The position numbers and the translations under genes are program-made. The notes below the pieces were generated by a model. That model searched no databases. It was given only the letters and a program-made list of their open reading frames with translations, and was not told where the DNA came from. A stretch of DNA of 64,000 nucleotides from Auanema rhodensis (lineage: Eukaryota; Animalia; Nematoda), in the NCBI GenBank assembly GCA_964057225.1, contig OZ059900.1, positions 13,516,001 through 13,580,000 on the forward strand. The letters are read 5' to 3'. Of this stretch, positions 27,301-42,300 are shown one piece after another; position 1 is the first letter of the stretch, and every line of letters begins with the position of its first letter.

Positions 27301-30300
27301 ACCACGAGTGTGCAATATTGAAAACTGTCTGTCTTAGTATGATTATATAACACTACCGATGCTAAAGCAAAATGAATTTGAATATGAACATGACGCGTCT
27401 TTTACATTATAGTTTGACCGGATAAAGCTTTGTATAGCTTTGTATAGCTTTGTACACTGATCACATATACGGCGATAGGCTAGAACAGTTCATAAGTTTC
27501 CTTAATAGATTTGGTTTAATTACCCAAGTTAGAGGTAGTATCTCAATCTAACCAGAGAACTTCTGAGTTGGAAATACATTTTGGAAAGCACACCACGAGT
27601 GTGCAATATTGAAAACTGTCTGTCTTAGTATGATTATATAACACTACCGATGCTAAAGCAAAATGAATTTGAATATGAACATGACGCGTCTTTTACATTA
27701 TAGTTTGACCGGATAAAGCTTTGTATAGCTTTGTATAGCTTTGTACACTGATCACATATACGGCGATAGGCTAGAACAGTTCATAAGTTTCCTGAATAGA
27801 TTTGGTTTAATTACCCAAGTTAGAGGTAGTATCTCAATCTAACCAGAGAACTTCTGAGTTGGAAATACATTTTGGAAAGCACACCACGAGTGTGCAATAT
27901 TGAAAACTGTCTGTCTTAGTATGATTATATAACACTATAGATGCCAAAGCAAAATGAATTTGAATATGAACATGACGCGTCTTTTACATTATAGTTTGAC
28001 CGGATAAAGCTTTGTATAGCTTTGTATAGCTTTGTACACTGATCACATATACGGCGATAGGCTAGAACAGTTCATAAGTTTCCTGAATAGATTTGGTTTA
28101 ATTACCCAAGTTAGAGGTAGTATCTCAATCTAACCAGAGAACTTCTGAGTTGGAAATACATTTTGGAAAGCACACCACGAGTGTGCAATATTGAAAACTG
28201 TCTGTCTTAGTATGATTATATAACACTATAGATGCCAAAGCAAAATGAATTTGAATATGAACATGACGCGTCTTTTACATTATAGTTTGACCGGATAAAG
28301 CTTTGTATAGCTTTGTATAGCTTTGTACACTGATCACATATACGGCGATAGGCTAGAACAGTTCATAAGTTTCCTGAATAGATTTGGTTTAATTACCCAA
28401 GTTAGAGGTAGTATCTCAATCTAACCAGAGAACTTCTGAGTTGGAAATACATTTTGGAAAGCACACCACGAGTGTGCAATATTGAAAACTGTCTGTCTTA
28501 GTATGATTATATAACACTATAGATGCCAAAGCAAAATGAATTTGAATATGAACATGACGCGTCTTTTACATTATAGTTTGACCGGATAAAGCTTTGTATA
28601 GCTTTGTATAGCTTTGTACACTGATCACATATACGGCGATAGGCTAGAACAGTTCATAAGTTTCCTGAATAGATTTGGTTTAATTACCCAAGTTAGAGGT
28701 AGTATCTCAATCTAACCAGAGAACTTCTGAGTTGGAAATACATTTTGGAAAGCACACCACGAGTGTGCAATATTGAAAACTGTCTGTCTTAGTATGATTA
28801 TATAACACTATAGATGCCAAAGCAAAATGAATTTGAATATGAACATGACGCGTCTTTTACATTATAGTTTGACCGGATAAAGCTTTGTATAGCTTTGTAT
28901 AGCTTTGTACACTGATCACATATACGGCGATAGGCTAGAACAGTTCATAAGTTTCCTGAATAGATTTGGTTTAATTACCCAAGTTAGAGGTAGTATCTCA
29001 ATCTAACCAGAGAACTTCTGAGTTGGAAATACATTTTGGAAAGCACACCACGAGTGTGCAATATTGAAAACTGTCTGTCTTAGTATGATTATATAACACT
29101 ACCGATGCTAAAGCAAAATGAATTTGAATATGAACATGACGCGTCTTTTACATTATAGTTTGACCGGATAAAGCTTTGTATAGCTTTGTACACTGATCAC
29201 ATATACGGCGATAGGCTAGAACAGTTCATAAGTTTCCTGAATAGATTTGGTTTAATTACCCAAGTTAGAGGTAGTATCTCAATCTAACCAGAGAACTTCT
29301 GAGTTGGAAATACATTTTGGAAAGCACACCACGAGTGTGCAATATTGAAAACTGTCTGTCTTAGTATGATTATATAACACTATAGATGCCAAAGCAAAAT
29401 GAATTTGAATATGAACATGACGCGTCTTTTACATTATAGTTTGACCGGATAAAGCTTTGTATAGCTTTGTATAGCTTTGTACACTGATCACATATACGGC
29501 GATAGGCTAGAACAGTTCATAAGTTTCCTTAATAGATTTGGTTTAATTACCCAAGTTAGAGGTAGTATCTCAATCTAACCAGAGAACTTCTGAGTTGGAA
29601 ATACATTTTGGAAAGCACACCACGAGTGTGCAATATTGAAAACTGTCTGTCTTAGTATGATTATATAACACTACCGATGCTAAAGCAAAATGAATTTGAA
29701 TAGGAAAATGACGCGTCTTTTACATTATAGTTTGACCGGATAAAGCTTTGTATAGCTTTGTATAGCTTTGTACACTGATCACATATACGGCGATAGGCTA
29801 GAACAGTTCATAAGTTTCCTGAATAGATTTGGTTTAATTACCCAAGTTAGAGGTAGTATCTCAATCTAACCAGAGAACTTCTGAGTTGGAAATACATTTT
29901 GGAAAGCACACCACGAGTGTGCAATATTGAAAACTGTCTGTCTTAGTATGATTATATAACACTACCGATGCTAAAGCAAAATGAATTTGAATATGAACAT
30001 GACGCGTCTTTTACATTATAGTTTGACCGGATAAAGCTTTGTATAGCTTTGTACACTGATCACATATACGGCGATAGGCTAGAACAGTTCATAAGTTTCC
30101 TGAATAGATTTGGTTTAATTACCCAAGTTAGAGGTAGTATCTCAATCTAACCAGAGAACTTCTGAGTTGGAAATACATTTTGGAAAGCACACCACGAGTT
30201 TGCAATATTGAAAACTGTCTGTCTTAGTATGATTATATAACACTATAGATGCCAAAGCAAAATGAATTTGAATATGAACATGACGCGTCTTTTACATTAT

Positions 30301-33300
30301 AGTTTGACCGGATAAAGCTTTGTATAGCTTTGTATAGCTTTGTACACTGATCACATATACGGCGATAGGCTAGAACAGTTCATAAGTTTCCTGAATAGAT
30401 TTGGTTTAATTACCCAAGTTAGAGGTAGTATCTCAATCTAACCAGAGAACTTCTGAGTTGGAAATACATTTTGGAAAGCACACCACGAGTGTGCAATATT
30501 GAAAACTGTCTGTCTTAGTATGATTATATAACACTACCGATGCTAAAGCAAAATGAATTTGAATATGAACATGACGCGTCTTTTACATTATAGTTTGACC
30601 GGATAAAGCTTTGTATAGCTTTGTACACTGATCACATATACGGCGATAGGCTAGAACAGTTTATAAGTTTCCTGAATAGATTTGGTTTAATTACCCAAGT
30701 TAGAGGTAGTATCTCAATCTAACCAGAGAACTTCTGAGTTGGAAATACATTTTGGAAAGCACACCACGAGTGTGCAATATTGAAAACTGTCTGTCTTAGT
30801 ATGATTATATAACACTACCGATGCTAAAGCAAAATGAATTTGAATATGAACATGACGCGTCTTTTACATTATAGTTTGACCGGATAAAGCTTTGTATAGC
30901 TTTGTATAGCTTTGTACACTGATCACATATACGGCGATAGGCTAGAACAGTTCATAAGTTTCCTGAATAGATTTGGTTTAATTACCCAAGTTAGAGGTAG
31001 TATCTCAATCTAACCAGAGAACTTCTGAGTTGGAAATACATTTTTGAAAGCACACCACGAGTGTGCAATATTGAAAACTGTCTGTCTTAGTATGATTATA
31101 TAACACTACCGATGCTAAAGCAAAATGAATTTGAATATGAACATGACGCGTCTTTTACATTATAGTTTGACCGGATAAAGCTTTGTATAGCTTTGTATAG
31201 CTTTGTACACTGATCACATATACGGCGATAGGCTAGAACAGTTCATAAGTTTCCTGAATAGATTTGGTTTAATTACCCAAGTTAGAGGTAGTATCTCAAT
31301 CTAACCAGAGAACTTCTGAGTTGGAAATACATTTTGGAAAGCACACCACGAGTGTGCAATATTGAAAACTGTCTGTCTTAGTATGATTATATAACACTAC
31401 CGATGCTAAAGCAAAATGAATTTGAATATGAACATGACGCGTCTTTTACATTATAGTTTGACCGGATAAAGCTTTGTATAGCTTTGTACACTGATCACAT
31501 ATACGGCGATAGGCTAGAACAGTTTATAAGTTTCCTGAATAGATTTGGTTTAATTACCCAAGTTAGAGGTAGTATCTCAATCTAACCAGAGAACTTCTGA
31601 GTTGGAAATACATTTTGGAAAGCACACCACGAGTGTGCAATATTGAAAACTGTCTGTCTTAGTATGATTATATAACACTATAGATGCCAAAGCAAAATGA
31701 ATTTGAATATGAACATGACGCGTCTTTTACATTATAGTTTGACCGGATAAAGCTTTGTATAGCTTTGTATAGCTTTGTACACTGATCACATATACGGCGA
31801 TAGGCTAGAACAGTTTATAAGTTTCCTGAATAGATTTGGTTTAATTACCCAAGTTAGAGGTAGTATCTCAATCTAACCAGAGAACTTCTGAGTTGGAAAT
31901 ACATTTTGGAAAGCACACCACGAGTGTGCAATATTGAAAACTGTCTGTCTTAGTATGATTATATAACACTACCGATGCTAAAGCAAAATGAATTTGAATA
32001 TGAACATGACGCGTCTTTTACATTATAGTTTGACCGGATAAAGCTTTGTATAGCTTTGTATAGCTTTGTACACTGATCACATATACGGCGATAGGCTAGA
32101 ACAGTTCATAAGTTTCCTGAATAGATTTGGTTTAATTACCCAAGTTAGAGGTAGTATCTCAATCTAACCAGAGAACTTCTGAGTTGGAAATACATTTTTG
32201 AAAGCACACCACGAGTGTGCAATATTGAAAACTGTCTGTCTTAGTATGATTATATAACACTACCGATGCTAAAGCAAAATGAATTTGAATATGAACATGA
32301 CGCGTCTTTTACATTATAGTTTGACCGGATAAAGCTTTGTATAGCTTTGTATAGCTTTGTACACTGATCACATATACGGCGATAGGCTAGAACAGTTCAT
32401 AAGTTTCCTGAATAGATTTGGTTTAATTACCCAAGTTAGAGGTAGTATCTCAATCTAACCAGAGAACTTCTGAGTTGGAAATACATTTTTGAAAGCACAC
32501 CACGAGTGTGCAATATTGAAAACTGTCTGTCTTAGTATGATTATATAACACTACCGATGCTAAAGCAAAATGAATTTGAATATGAACATGACGCGTCTTT
32601 TACATTATAGTTTGACCGGATAAAGCTTTGTATAGCTTTGTATAGCTTTGTACACTGATCACATATACGGCGATAGGCTAGAACAGTTCATAAGTTTCCT
32701 GAATAGATTTGGTTTAATTACCCAAGTTAGAGGTAGTATCTCAATCTAACCAGAGAACTTCTGAGTTGGAAATACATTTTTGAAAGCACACCACGAGTGT
32801 GCAATATTGAAAACTGTCTGTCTTAGTATGATTATATAACACTACCGATGCTAAAGCAAAATGAATTTGAATATGAACATGACGCGTCTTTTACATTATA
32901 GTTTGACCGGATAAAGCTTTGTATAGCTTTGTATAGCTTTGTACACTGATCACATATACGGCGATAGGCTAGAACAGTTCATAAGTTTCCTGAATAGATT
33001 TGGTTTAATTACCCAAGTTAGAGGTAGTATCTCAATCTAACCAGAGAACTTCTGAGTTGGAAATACATTTTTGAAAGCACACCACGAGTGTGCAATATTG
33101 AAAACTGTCTGTCTTAGTATGATTATATAACACTACCGATGCTAAAGCAAAATGAATTTGAATATGAACATGACGCGTCTTTTACATTATAGTTTGACCG
33201 GATAAAGCTTTGTATAGCTTTGTATAGCTTTGTACACTGATCACATATACGGCGATAGGCTAGAACAGTTCATAAGTTTCCTGAATAGATTTGGTTTAAT

Positions 33301-36300
33301 TACCCAAGTTAGAGGTAGTATCTCAATCTAACCAGAGAACTTCTGAGTTGGAAATACATTTTGGAAAGCACACCACGAGTGTGCAATATTGAAAACTGTC
33401 TGTCTTAGTATGATTATATAACACTACCGATGCTAAAGCAAAATGAATTTGAATATGAACATGACGCGTCTTTTATATTATAGTTTGACCGGATAAAGCT
33501 TTGTATAGCTTTGTACACTGATCACATATACGGCGATAGGCTAGAACAGTTCATAAGTTTCCTGAATAGATTTGGTTTAATTACCCAAGTTAGAGGTAGT
33601 ATCTCAATCTAACCAGAGAACTTCTGAGTTGGAAATACATTTTGGAAAGCACACCACGAGTGTGCAATATTGAAAACTGTCTGTCTTAGTATGATTATAT
33701 AACACTACCGATGCTAAAGCAAAATGAATTTGAATATGAACATGACGCGTCTTTTACATTATAGTTTGACCGGATAAAGCTTTGTATAGCTTTGTACACT
33801 GATCACATATACGGCGATAGGCTAGAACAGTTCATAAGTTTCCTGAATAGATTTGGTTTAATTACCCAAGTTAGAGGTAGTATCTCAATCTAACCAGAGA
33901 ACTTCTGAGTTGGAAATACATTTTGGAAAGCACACCACGAGTTTGCAATATTGAAAACTGTCTGTCTTAGTATGATTATATAACACTATAGATGCCAAAG
34001 CAAAATGAATTTGAATATGAACATGACGCGTCTTTTACATTATAGTTTGACCGGATAAAGCTTTGTATAGCTTTGTATAGCTTTGTACACTGATCACATA
34101 TACGGCGATAGGCTAGAACAGTTCATAAGTTTCCTGAATAGATTTGGTTTAATTACCCAAGTTAGAGGTAGTATCTCAATCTAACCAGAGAACTTCTGAG
34201 TTGGAAATACATTTTGGAAAGCACACCACGAGTGTGCAATATTGAAAACTGTCTGTCTTAGTATGATTATATAACACTACCGATGCTAAAGCAAAATGAA
34301 TTTGAATATGAACATGACGCGTCTTTTACATTATAGTTTGACCGGATAAAGCTTTGTATAGCTTTGTACACTGATCACATATACGGCGATAGGCTAGAAC
34401 AGTTTATAAGTTTCCTGAATAGATTTGGTTTAATTACCCAAGTTAGAGGTAGTATCTCAATCTAACCAGAGAACTTCTGAGTTGGAAATACATTTTGGAA
34501 AGCACACCACGAGTGTGCAATATTGAAAACTGTCTGTCTTAGTATGATTATATAACACTATAGATGCCAAAGCAAAATGAATTTGAATATGAACATGACG
34601 CGTCTTTTACATTATAGTTTGACCGGATAAAGCTTTGTATAGCTTTGTATAGCTTTGTACACTGATCACATATACGGCGATAGGCTAGAACAGTTTATAA
34701 GTTTCCTGAATAGATTTGGTTTAATTACCCAAGTTAGAGGTAGTATCTCAATCTAACCAGAGAACTTCTGAGTTGGAAATACATTTTGGAAAGCACACCA
34801 CGAGTGTGCAATATTGAAAACTGTCTGTCTTAGTATGATTATATAACACTACCGATGCTAAAGCAAAATGAATTCGAATATGAACATGACGCGTCTTTTA
34901 CATTATAGTTTGACCGGATAAAGCTTTGTATAGCTTTGTATAGCTTTGTACACTGATCACATATACGGCGATAGGCTAGAACAGTTCATAAGTTTCCTGA
35001 ATAGATTTGGTTTAATTACCCAAGTTAGAGGTAGTATCTCAATCTAACCAGAGAACTTCTGAGTTGGAAATACATTTTTGAAAGCACACCACGAGTGTGC
35101 AATATTGAAAACTGTCTGTCTTAGTATGATTATATAACACTACCGATGCTAAAGCAAAATGAATTTGAATATGAACATGACGCGTCTTTTACATTATAGT
35201 TTGACCGGATAAAGCTTTGTATAGCTTTGTATAGCTTTGTACACTGATCACATATACGGCGATAGGCTAGAACAGTTCATAAGTTTCCTGAATAGATTTG
35301 GTTTAATTACCCAAGTTAGAGGTAGTATCTCAATCTAACCAGAGAACTTCTGAGTTGGAAATACATTTTGGAAAGCACACCACGAGTGTGCAATATTGAA
35401 AACTGTCTGTCTTAGTATGATTATATAACACTACCGATGCTAAAGCAAAATGAATTTGAATATGAACATGACGCGTCTTTTACATTATAGTTTGACCGGA
35501 TAAAGCTTTGTATAGCTTTGTACACTGATCACATATACGGCGATAGGCTAGAACAGTTTATAAGTTTCCTGAATAGATTTGGTTTAATTACCCAAGTTAG
35601 AGGTAGTATCTCAATCTAACCAGAGAACTTCTGAGTTGGAAATACATTTTGGAAAGCACACCACGAGTGTGCAATATTGAAAACTGTCTGTCTTAGTATG
35701 ATTATATAACACTACCGATGCTAAAGCAAAATGAATTCGAATATGAACATGACGCGTCTTTTACATTATAGTTTGACCGGATAAAGCTTTGTATAGCTTT
35801 GTATAGCTTTGTACACTGATCACATATACGGCGATAGGCTAGAACAGTTCATAAGTTTCCTGAATAGATTTGGTTTAATTACCCAAGTTAGAGGTAGTAT
35901 CTCAATCTAACCAGAGAACTTCTGAGTTGGAAATACATTTTTGAAAGCACACCACGAGTGTGCAATATTGAAAACTGTCTGTCTTAGTATGATTATATAA
36001 CACTACCGATGCTAAAGCAAAATGAATTTGAATATGAACATGACGCGTCTTTTACATTATAGTTTGACCGGATAAAGCTTTGTATAGCTTTGTATAGCTT
36101 TGTACACTGATCACATATACGGCGATAGGCTAGAACAGTTCATAAGTTTCCTGAATAGATTTGGTTTAATTACCCAAGTTAGAGGTAGTATCTCAATCTA
36201 ACCAGAGAACTTCTGAGTTGGAAATACATTTTGGAAAGCACACCACGAGTGTGCAATATTGAAAACTGTCTGTCTTCGTATGATTATTTGACACTATAGA

Positions 36301-39300
36301 TGCCAAAGCAAAACAAATTTGAATATGAACATGACGCGTCTTTTACATTATAGTTTGACCGGATAAAGCTTTGTATAGCTTTGTATAGCTTTGTACACTG
36401 ATCACATATACGGCGATAGGCTAGAACAGTTCATAAGTTTCCTGAATAGATTTGGTTTAATTACCCAAGTTAGAGGTAGTATCTCAATCTAACCAGAGAA
36501 CTTCTGAGTTGGAAATACATTTTGGAAAGCACACCACGAGTGTGCAATATTGAAAACTGTCTGTCTTCGTATGATTATATGACACTATAGATGCCAAAGC
36601 AAAACAAATTTGAATATGAACATGACGCGTCTTTTACATTATAGTTTGACCGGATAAAGCTTTGTATAGCTTTGTACACTGATCACATATACGGCGATAG
36701 GCTAGAACAGTTCATAAGTTTCCTGAATAGATTTGGTTTAATTACCCAAGTTAGAGGTAGTATCTCAATCTAACCAGAGAACTTCTGAGTTGGAAATACA
36801 TTTTGGAAAGCACACCACGAGTGTGCAATATTGAAAACTGTCTGTCTTAGTATGATTATATAACACTATAGATGCCAAAGCAAAATGAATTTGAATATGA
36901 ACATGACGCGTCTTTTACATTATAGTTTGACCGGATAAAGCTTTGTATAGCTTTGTATAGCTTTGTACACTGATCACATATACGGCGATAGGCTAGAACA
37001 GTTCATAAGTTTCCTGAATAGATTTGGTTTAATTACCCAAGTTAGAGGTAGTATCTCAATCTAACCAGAGAACTTCTGAGTTGGAAATACATTTTGGAAA
37101 GCACACCACGAGTGTGCAATATTGAAAACTGTCTGTCTTAGTATGATTATATAACACTACCGATGCTAAAGCAAAATGAATTTGAATATGAACATGACGC
37201 GTCTTTTACATTATAGTTTGACCGGATAAAGCTTTGTATAGCTTTGTACACTGATCACATATACGGCGATAGGCTAGAACAGTTTATAAGTTTCCTGAAT
37301 AGATTTGGTTTAATTACCCAAGTTAGAGGTAGTATCTCAATCTAACCAGAGAACTTCTGAGTTGGAAATACATTTTGGAAAGCACACCACGAGTGTGCAA
37401 TATTGAAAACTGTCTGTCTTAGTATGATTATATAACACTATAGATGCCAAAGCAAAATGAATTTGAATATGAACATGACGCGTCTTTTACATTATAGTTT
37501 GACCGGATAAAGCTTTGTATAGCTTTGTATAGCTTTGTACACTGATCACATATACGGCGATAGGCTAGAACAGTTTATAAGTTTCCTGAATAGATTTGGT
37601 TTAATTACCCAAGTTAGAGGTAGTATCTCAATCTAACCAGAGAACTTCTGAGTTGGAAATACATTTTGGAAAGCACACCACGAGTGTGCAATATTGAAAA
37701 CTGTCTGTCTTAGTATGATTATATAACACTACCGATGCTAAAGCAAAATGAATTCGAATATGAACATGACGCGTCTTTTACATTATAGTTTGACCGGATA
37801 AAGCTTTGTATAGCTTTGTATAGCTTTGTACACTGATCACATATACGGCGATAGGCTAGAACAGTTCATAAGTTTCCTGAATAGATTTGGTTTAATTACC
37901 CAAGTTAGAGGTAGTATCTCAATCTAACCAGAGAACTTCTGAGTTGGAAATACATTTTTGAAAGCACACCACGAGTGTGCAATATTGAAAACTGTCTGTC
38001 TTAGTATGATTATATAACACTACCGATGCTAAAGCAAAATGAATTTGAATATGAACATGACGCGTCTTTTACATTATAGTTTGACCGGATAAAGCTTTGT
38101 ATAGCTTTGTACACTGATCACATATACGGCGATAGGCTAGAACAGTTCATAAGTTTCCTGAATAGATTTGGTTTAATTACCCAAGTTAGAGGTAGTATCT
38201 CAATCTAACCAGAGAACTTCTGAGTTGGAAATACATTTTGGAAAGCACACCACGAGTGTGCAATATTGAAAACTGTCTATCTTAGTATGATTATATAACA
38301 CTACCGATGCTAAAGCAAAATGAATTTGAATATGAACATGACGCGTCTTTTACATTATAGTTTGACCGGATAAAGCTTTGTATAGCTTTGTACACTGATC
38401 ACATATACGGCGATAGGCTAGAACAGTTCATAAGTTTCCTGAATAGATTTGGTTTAATTACCCAAGTTAGAGGTAGTATCTCAATCTAACCAGAGAACTT
38501 CTGAGTTGGAAATACATTTTGGAAAGCACACCACGAGTGTGCAATATTGAAAACTGTCTGTCTTAGTATGATTATATAACACTACCGATGCTAAAGCAAA
38601 ATGAATTTGAATATGAACATGACGCGTCTTTTACATTATAGTTTGACCGGATAAAGCTTTGTATAGCTTTGTATAGCTTTGTACACTGATCACATATACG
38701 GCGATAGGCTAGAACAGTTCATAAGTTTCCTGAATAGATTTGGTTTAATTACCCAAGTTAGAGGTAGTATCTCAATCTAACCAGAGAACTTCTGAGTTGG
38801 AAATACATTTTGGAAAGCACACCACGAGTGTGCAATATTGAAAACTGTCTGTCTTAGTATGATTATATAACACTACAGATGCTAAAGCAAAATGAATTTG
38901 AATATGAACATGACGCGTCTTTTACATTATAGTTTGACCGGATAAAGCTTTGTATAGCTTTGTACACTGATCACATATACGGCGAGAGGCTAGAACAGTT
39001 TATAAGTTTCCTGAATAGATTTGGTTTAATTACCCAAGTTAGAGGTAGTATCTCAATCTAACCAGAGAACTTCTGAGTTGGAAATACATTTTGGAAAGCA
39101 CACCACGAGTGTGCAATATTGAAAACTGTCTGTCTTAGTATGATTATATAACACTACAGATGCTAAAGCAAAATGAATTTGAATATGAACATGACGCGTC
39201 TTTTACATTATAGTTTGACCGGATAAAGCTTTGTATAGCTTTGTACACTGATCACATATACGGCGAGAGGCTAGAACAGTTTATAAGTTTCCTGAATAGA

Positions 39301-42300
39301 TTTGGTTTAATTACCCAAGTTAGAGGTAGTATCTCAATCTAACCAGAGAACTTCTGAGTTGGAAATACATTTTGGAAAGCACACCACGAGTGTGCAATAT
39401 TGAAAACTGTCTGTCTTCGTATGATTATATGACACTATAGATGCCAAAGCAAAACAAATTTGAATATGAACATGACGCGTCTTTTACATTATAGTTTGAC
39501 CGGATAAAGCTTTGTATAGCTTTGTATAGCTTTGTACACTGATCACATATACGGCGATAGGCTAGAACAGTTCATAAGTTTCCTTAATAGATTTGGTTTA
39601 ATTACCCAAGTTAGAGGTAGTATCTCAATCTAACCAGAGAACTTCTGAGTTGGAAATACATTTTGGAAAGCACACCACGAGTGTGCAATATTGAAAACTG
39701 TCTGTCTTCGTATGATTATATGACACTATAGATGCCAAAGCAAAACAAATTTGAATATGAACATGACGCGTCTTTTACATTATAGTTTGACCGGATAAAG
39801 CTTTGTATAGCTTTGTATAGCTTTGTACACTGATCACATATACGGCGATAGGCTAGAACAGTTCATAAGTTTCCTGAATAGATTTGGTTTAATTACCCAA
39901 GTTAGAGGTAGTATCTCAATCTAACCAGAGAACTTCTGAGTTGGAAATACATTTTGGAAAGCACACCACGAGTGTGCAATATTGAAAACTGTCTGTCTTC
40001 GTATGATTATATGACACTATAGATGCCAAAGCAAAACAAATTTGAATATGAACATGACGCGTCTTTTACATTATAGTTTGACCGGATAAAGCTTTGTATA
40101 GCTTTGTATAGCTTTGTACACTGATCACATATACGGCGATAGGCTAGAACAGTTCATAAGTTTCCTGAATAGATTTGGTTTAATTACCCAAGTTAGAGGT
40201 AGTATCTCAATCTAACCAGAGAACTTCTGAGTTGGAAATACATTTTGGAAAGCACACCACGAGTGTGCAATATTGAAAACTGTCTGTCTTCGTATGATTA
40301 TATGACACTATAGATGCCAAAGCAAAACAAATTTGAATATGAACATGACGCGTCTTTTACATTATAGTTTGACCGGATAAAGCTTTGTATAGCTTTGTAT
40401 AGCTTTGTACACTGATCACATATACAGCGATAGGCTAGAACAGTTCATAAGTTTCCTTAATAGATTTGGTTTAATTACCCAAGTTAGAGGTAGTATCTCA
40501 ATCTAACCAGAGAACTTCTGAGTTGGAAATACATTTTGGAAAGCACACCACGAGTGTGCAATTTTGAAAACTGTCTGTCTTAGTATGATTATATAACACT
40601 ACCGATGCTAAAGCAAAATGAATTTGAATATGAACATGACGCGTCTTTTACATTATAGTTTGATCGGATAAAGCTTTGTATAGCTTTGTATAGCTTTGTA
40701 CACTGATCACATATACGGCGATAGGCTAGAACAGTTCATAAGTTTCCTGAATAGATTTGGTTTAATTACCCAAGTTAGAGGTAGTATCTCAATCTAACCA
40801 GAGAACTTCTGAGTTGGAAATACATTTTGGAAAGCACACCACGAGTGTGCAATTTTGAAAACTGTCTGTCTTAGTATGATTATATAACACTACCGATGCT
40901 AAAGCAAAATGAATTTGAATATGAACATGACGCGTCTTTTACATTATAGTTTGATCGGATAAAGCTTTGTATAGCTTTGTATAGCTTTGTACACTGATCA
41001 CATATACGGCGATAGGCTAGAACAGTTCATAAGTTTCCTTAATAGATTTGGTTTAATTACCCAAGTTAGAGGTAGTATCTCAATCTAACCAGAGAACTTC
41101 TGAGTTGGAAATACATTTTGGAAAGCACACCACGAGTGTGCAATTTTGAAAACTGTCTGTCTTAGTATGATTATATAACACTACCGATGCTAAAGCAAAA
41201 TGAATTTGAATATGAACATGACGCGTCTTTTACATTATAGTTTGACCGGATAAAGCTTTGTATAGCTTTGTATAGCTTTGTACACTGATCACATATACGG
41301 CGATAGGCTAGAACAGTTCATAAGTTTCCTGAATAGATTTGGTTTAATTACCCAAGTTAGAGGTAGTATCTCAATCTAACCAGAGAACTTCTGAGTTGGA
41401 AATACATTTTGGAAAGCACACCACGAGTGTGCAATTTTGAAAACTGTCTGTCTTAGTATGATTATATAACACTACCGATGCTAAAGCAAAATGAATTTGA
41501 ATATGAACATGACGCGTCTTTTACATTATAGTTTGACCGGATAAAGCTTTGTATAGCTTTGTATAGCTTTGTACACTGATCACATATACGGCGATAGGCT
41601 AGAACAGTTCATAAGTTTCCTGAATAGATTTGGTTTAATTACCCAAGTTAGAGGTAGTATCTCAATCTAACCAGAGAACTTCTGAGTTGGAAATACATTT
41701 TGGAAAGCACACCACGAGTGTGCAATTTTGAAAACTGTCTGTCTTAGTATGATTATATAACACTACCGATGCTAAAGCAAAATGAATTTGAATATGAACA
41801 TGACGCGTCTTTTACATTATAGTTTGACCGGATAAAGCTTTGTATAGCTTTGTATAGCTTTGTACACTGATCACATATACGGCGATAGGCTAGAACAGTT
41901 CATAAGTTTCCTGAATAGATTTGGTTTAATTACCCAAGTTAGAGGTAGTATCTCAATCTAACCAGAGAACTTCTGAGTTGGAAATACATTTTGGAAAGCA
42001 CACCACGAGTGTGCAATTTTGAAAACTGTCTGTCTTAGTATGATTATATAACACTACCGATGCTAAAGCAAAATGAATTTGAATATGAACATGACGCGTC
42101 TTTTACATTATAGTTTGACCGGATAAAGCTTTGTATAGCTTTGTATAGCTTTGTACACTGATCACATATACGGCGATAGGCTAGAACAGTTCATAAGTTT
42201 CCTGAATAGATTTGGTTTAATTACCCAAGTTAGAGGTAGTATCTCAATCTAACCAGAGAACTTCTGAGTTGGAAATACATTTTGGAAAGCACACCACGAG

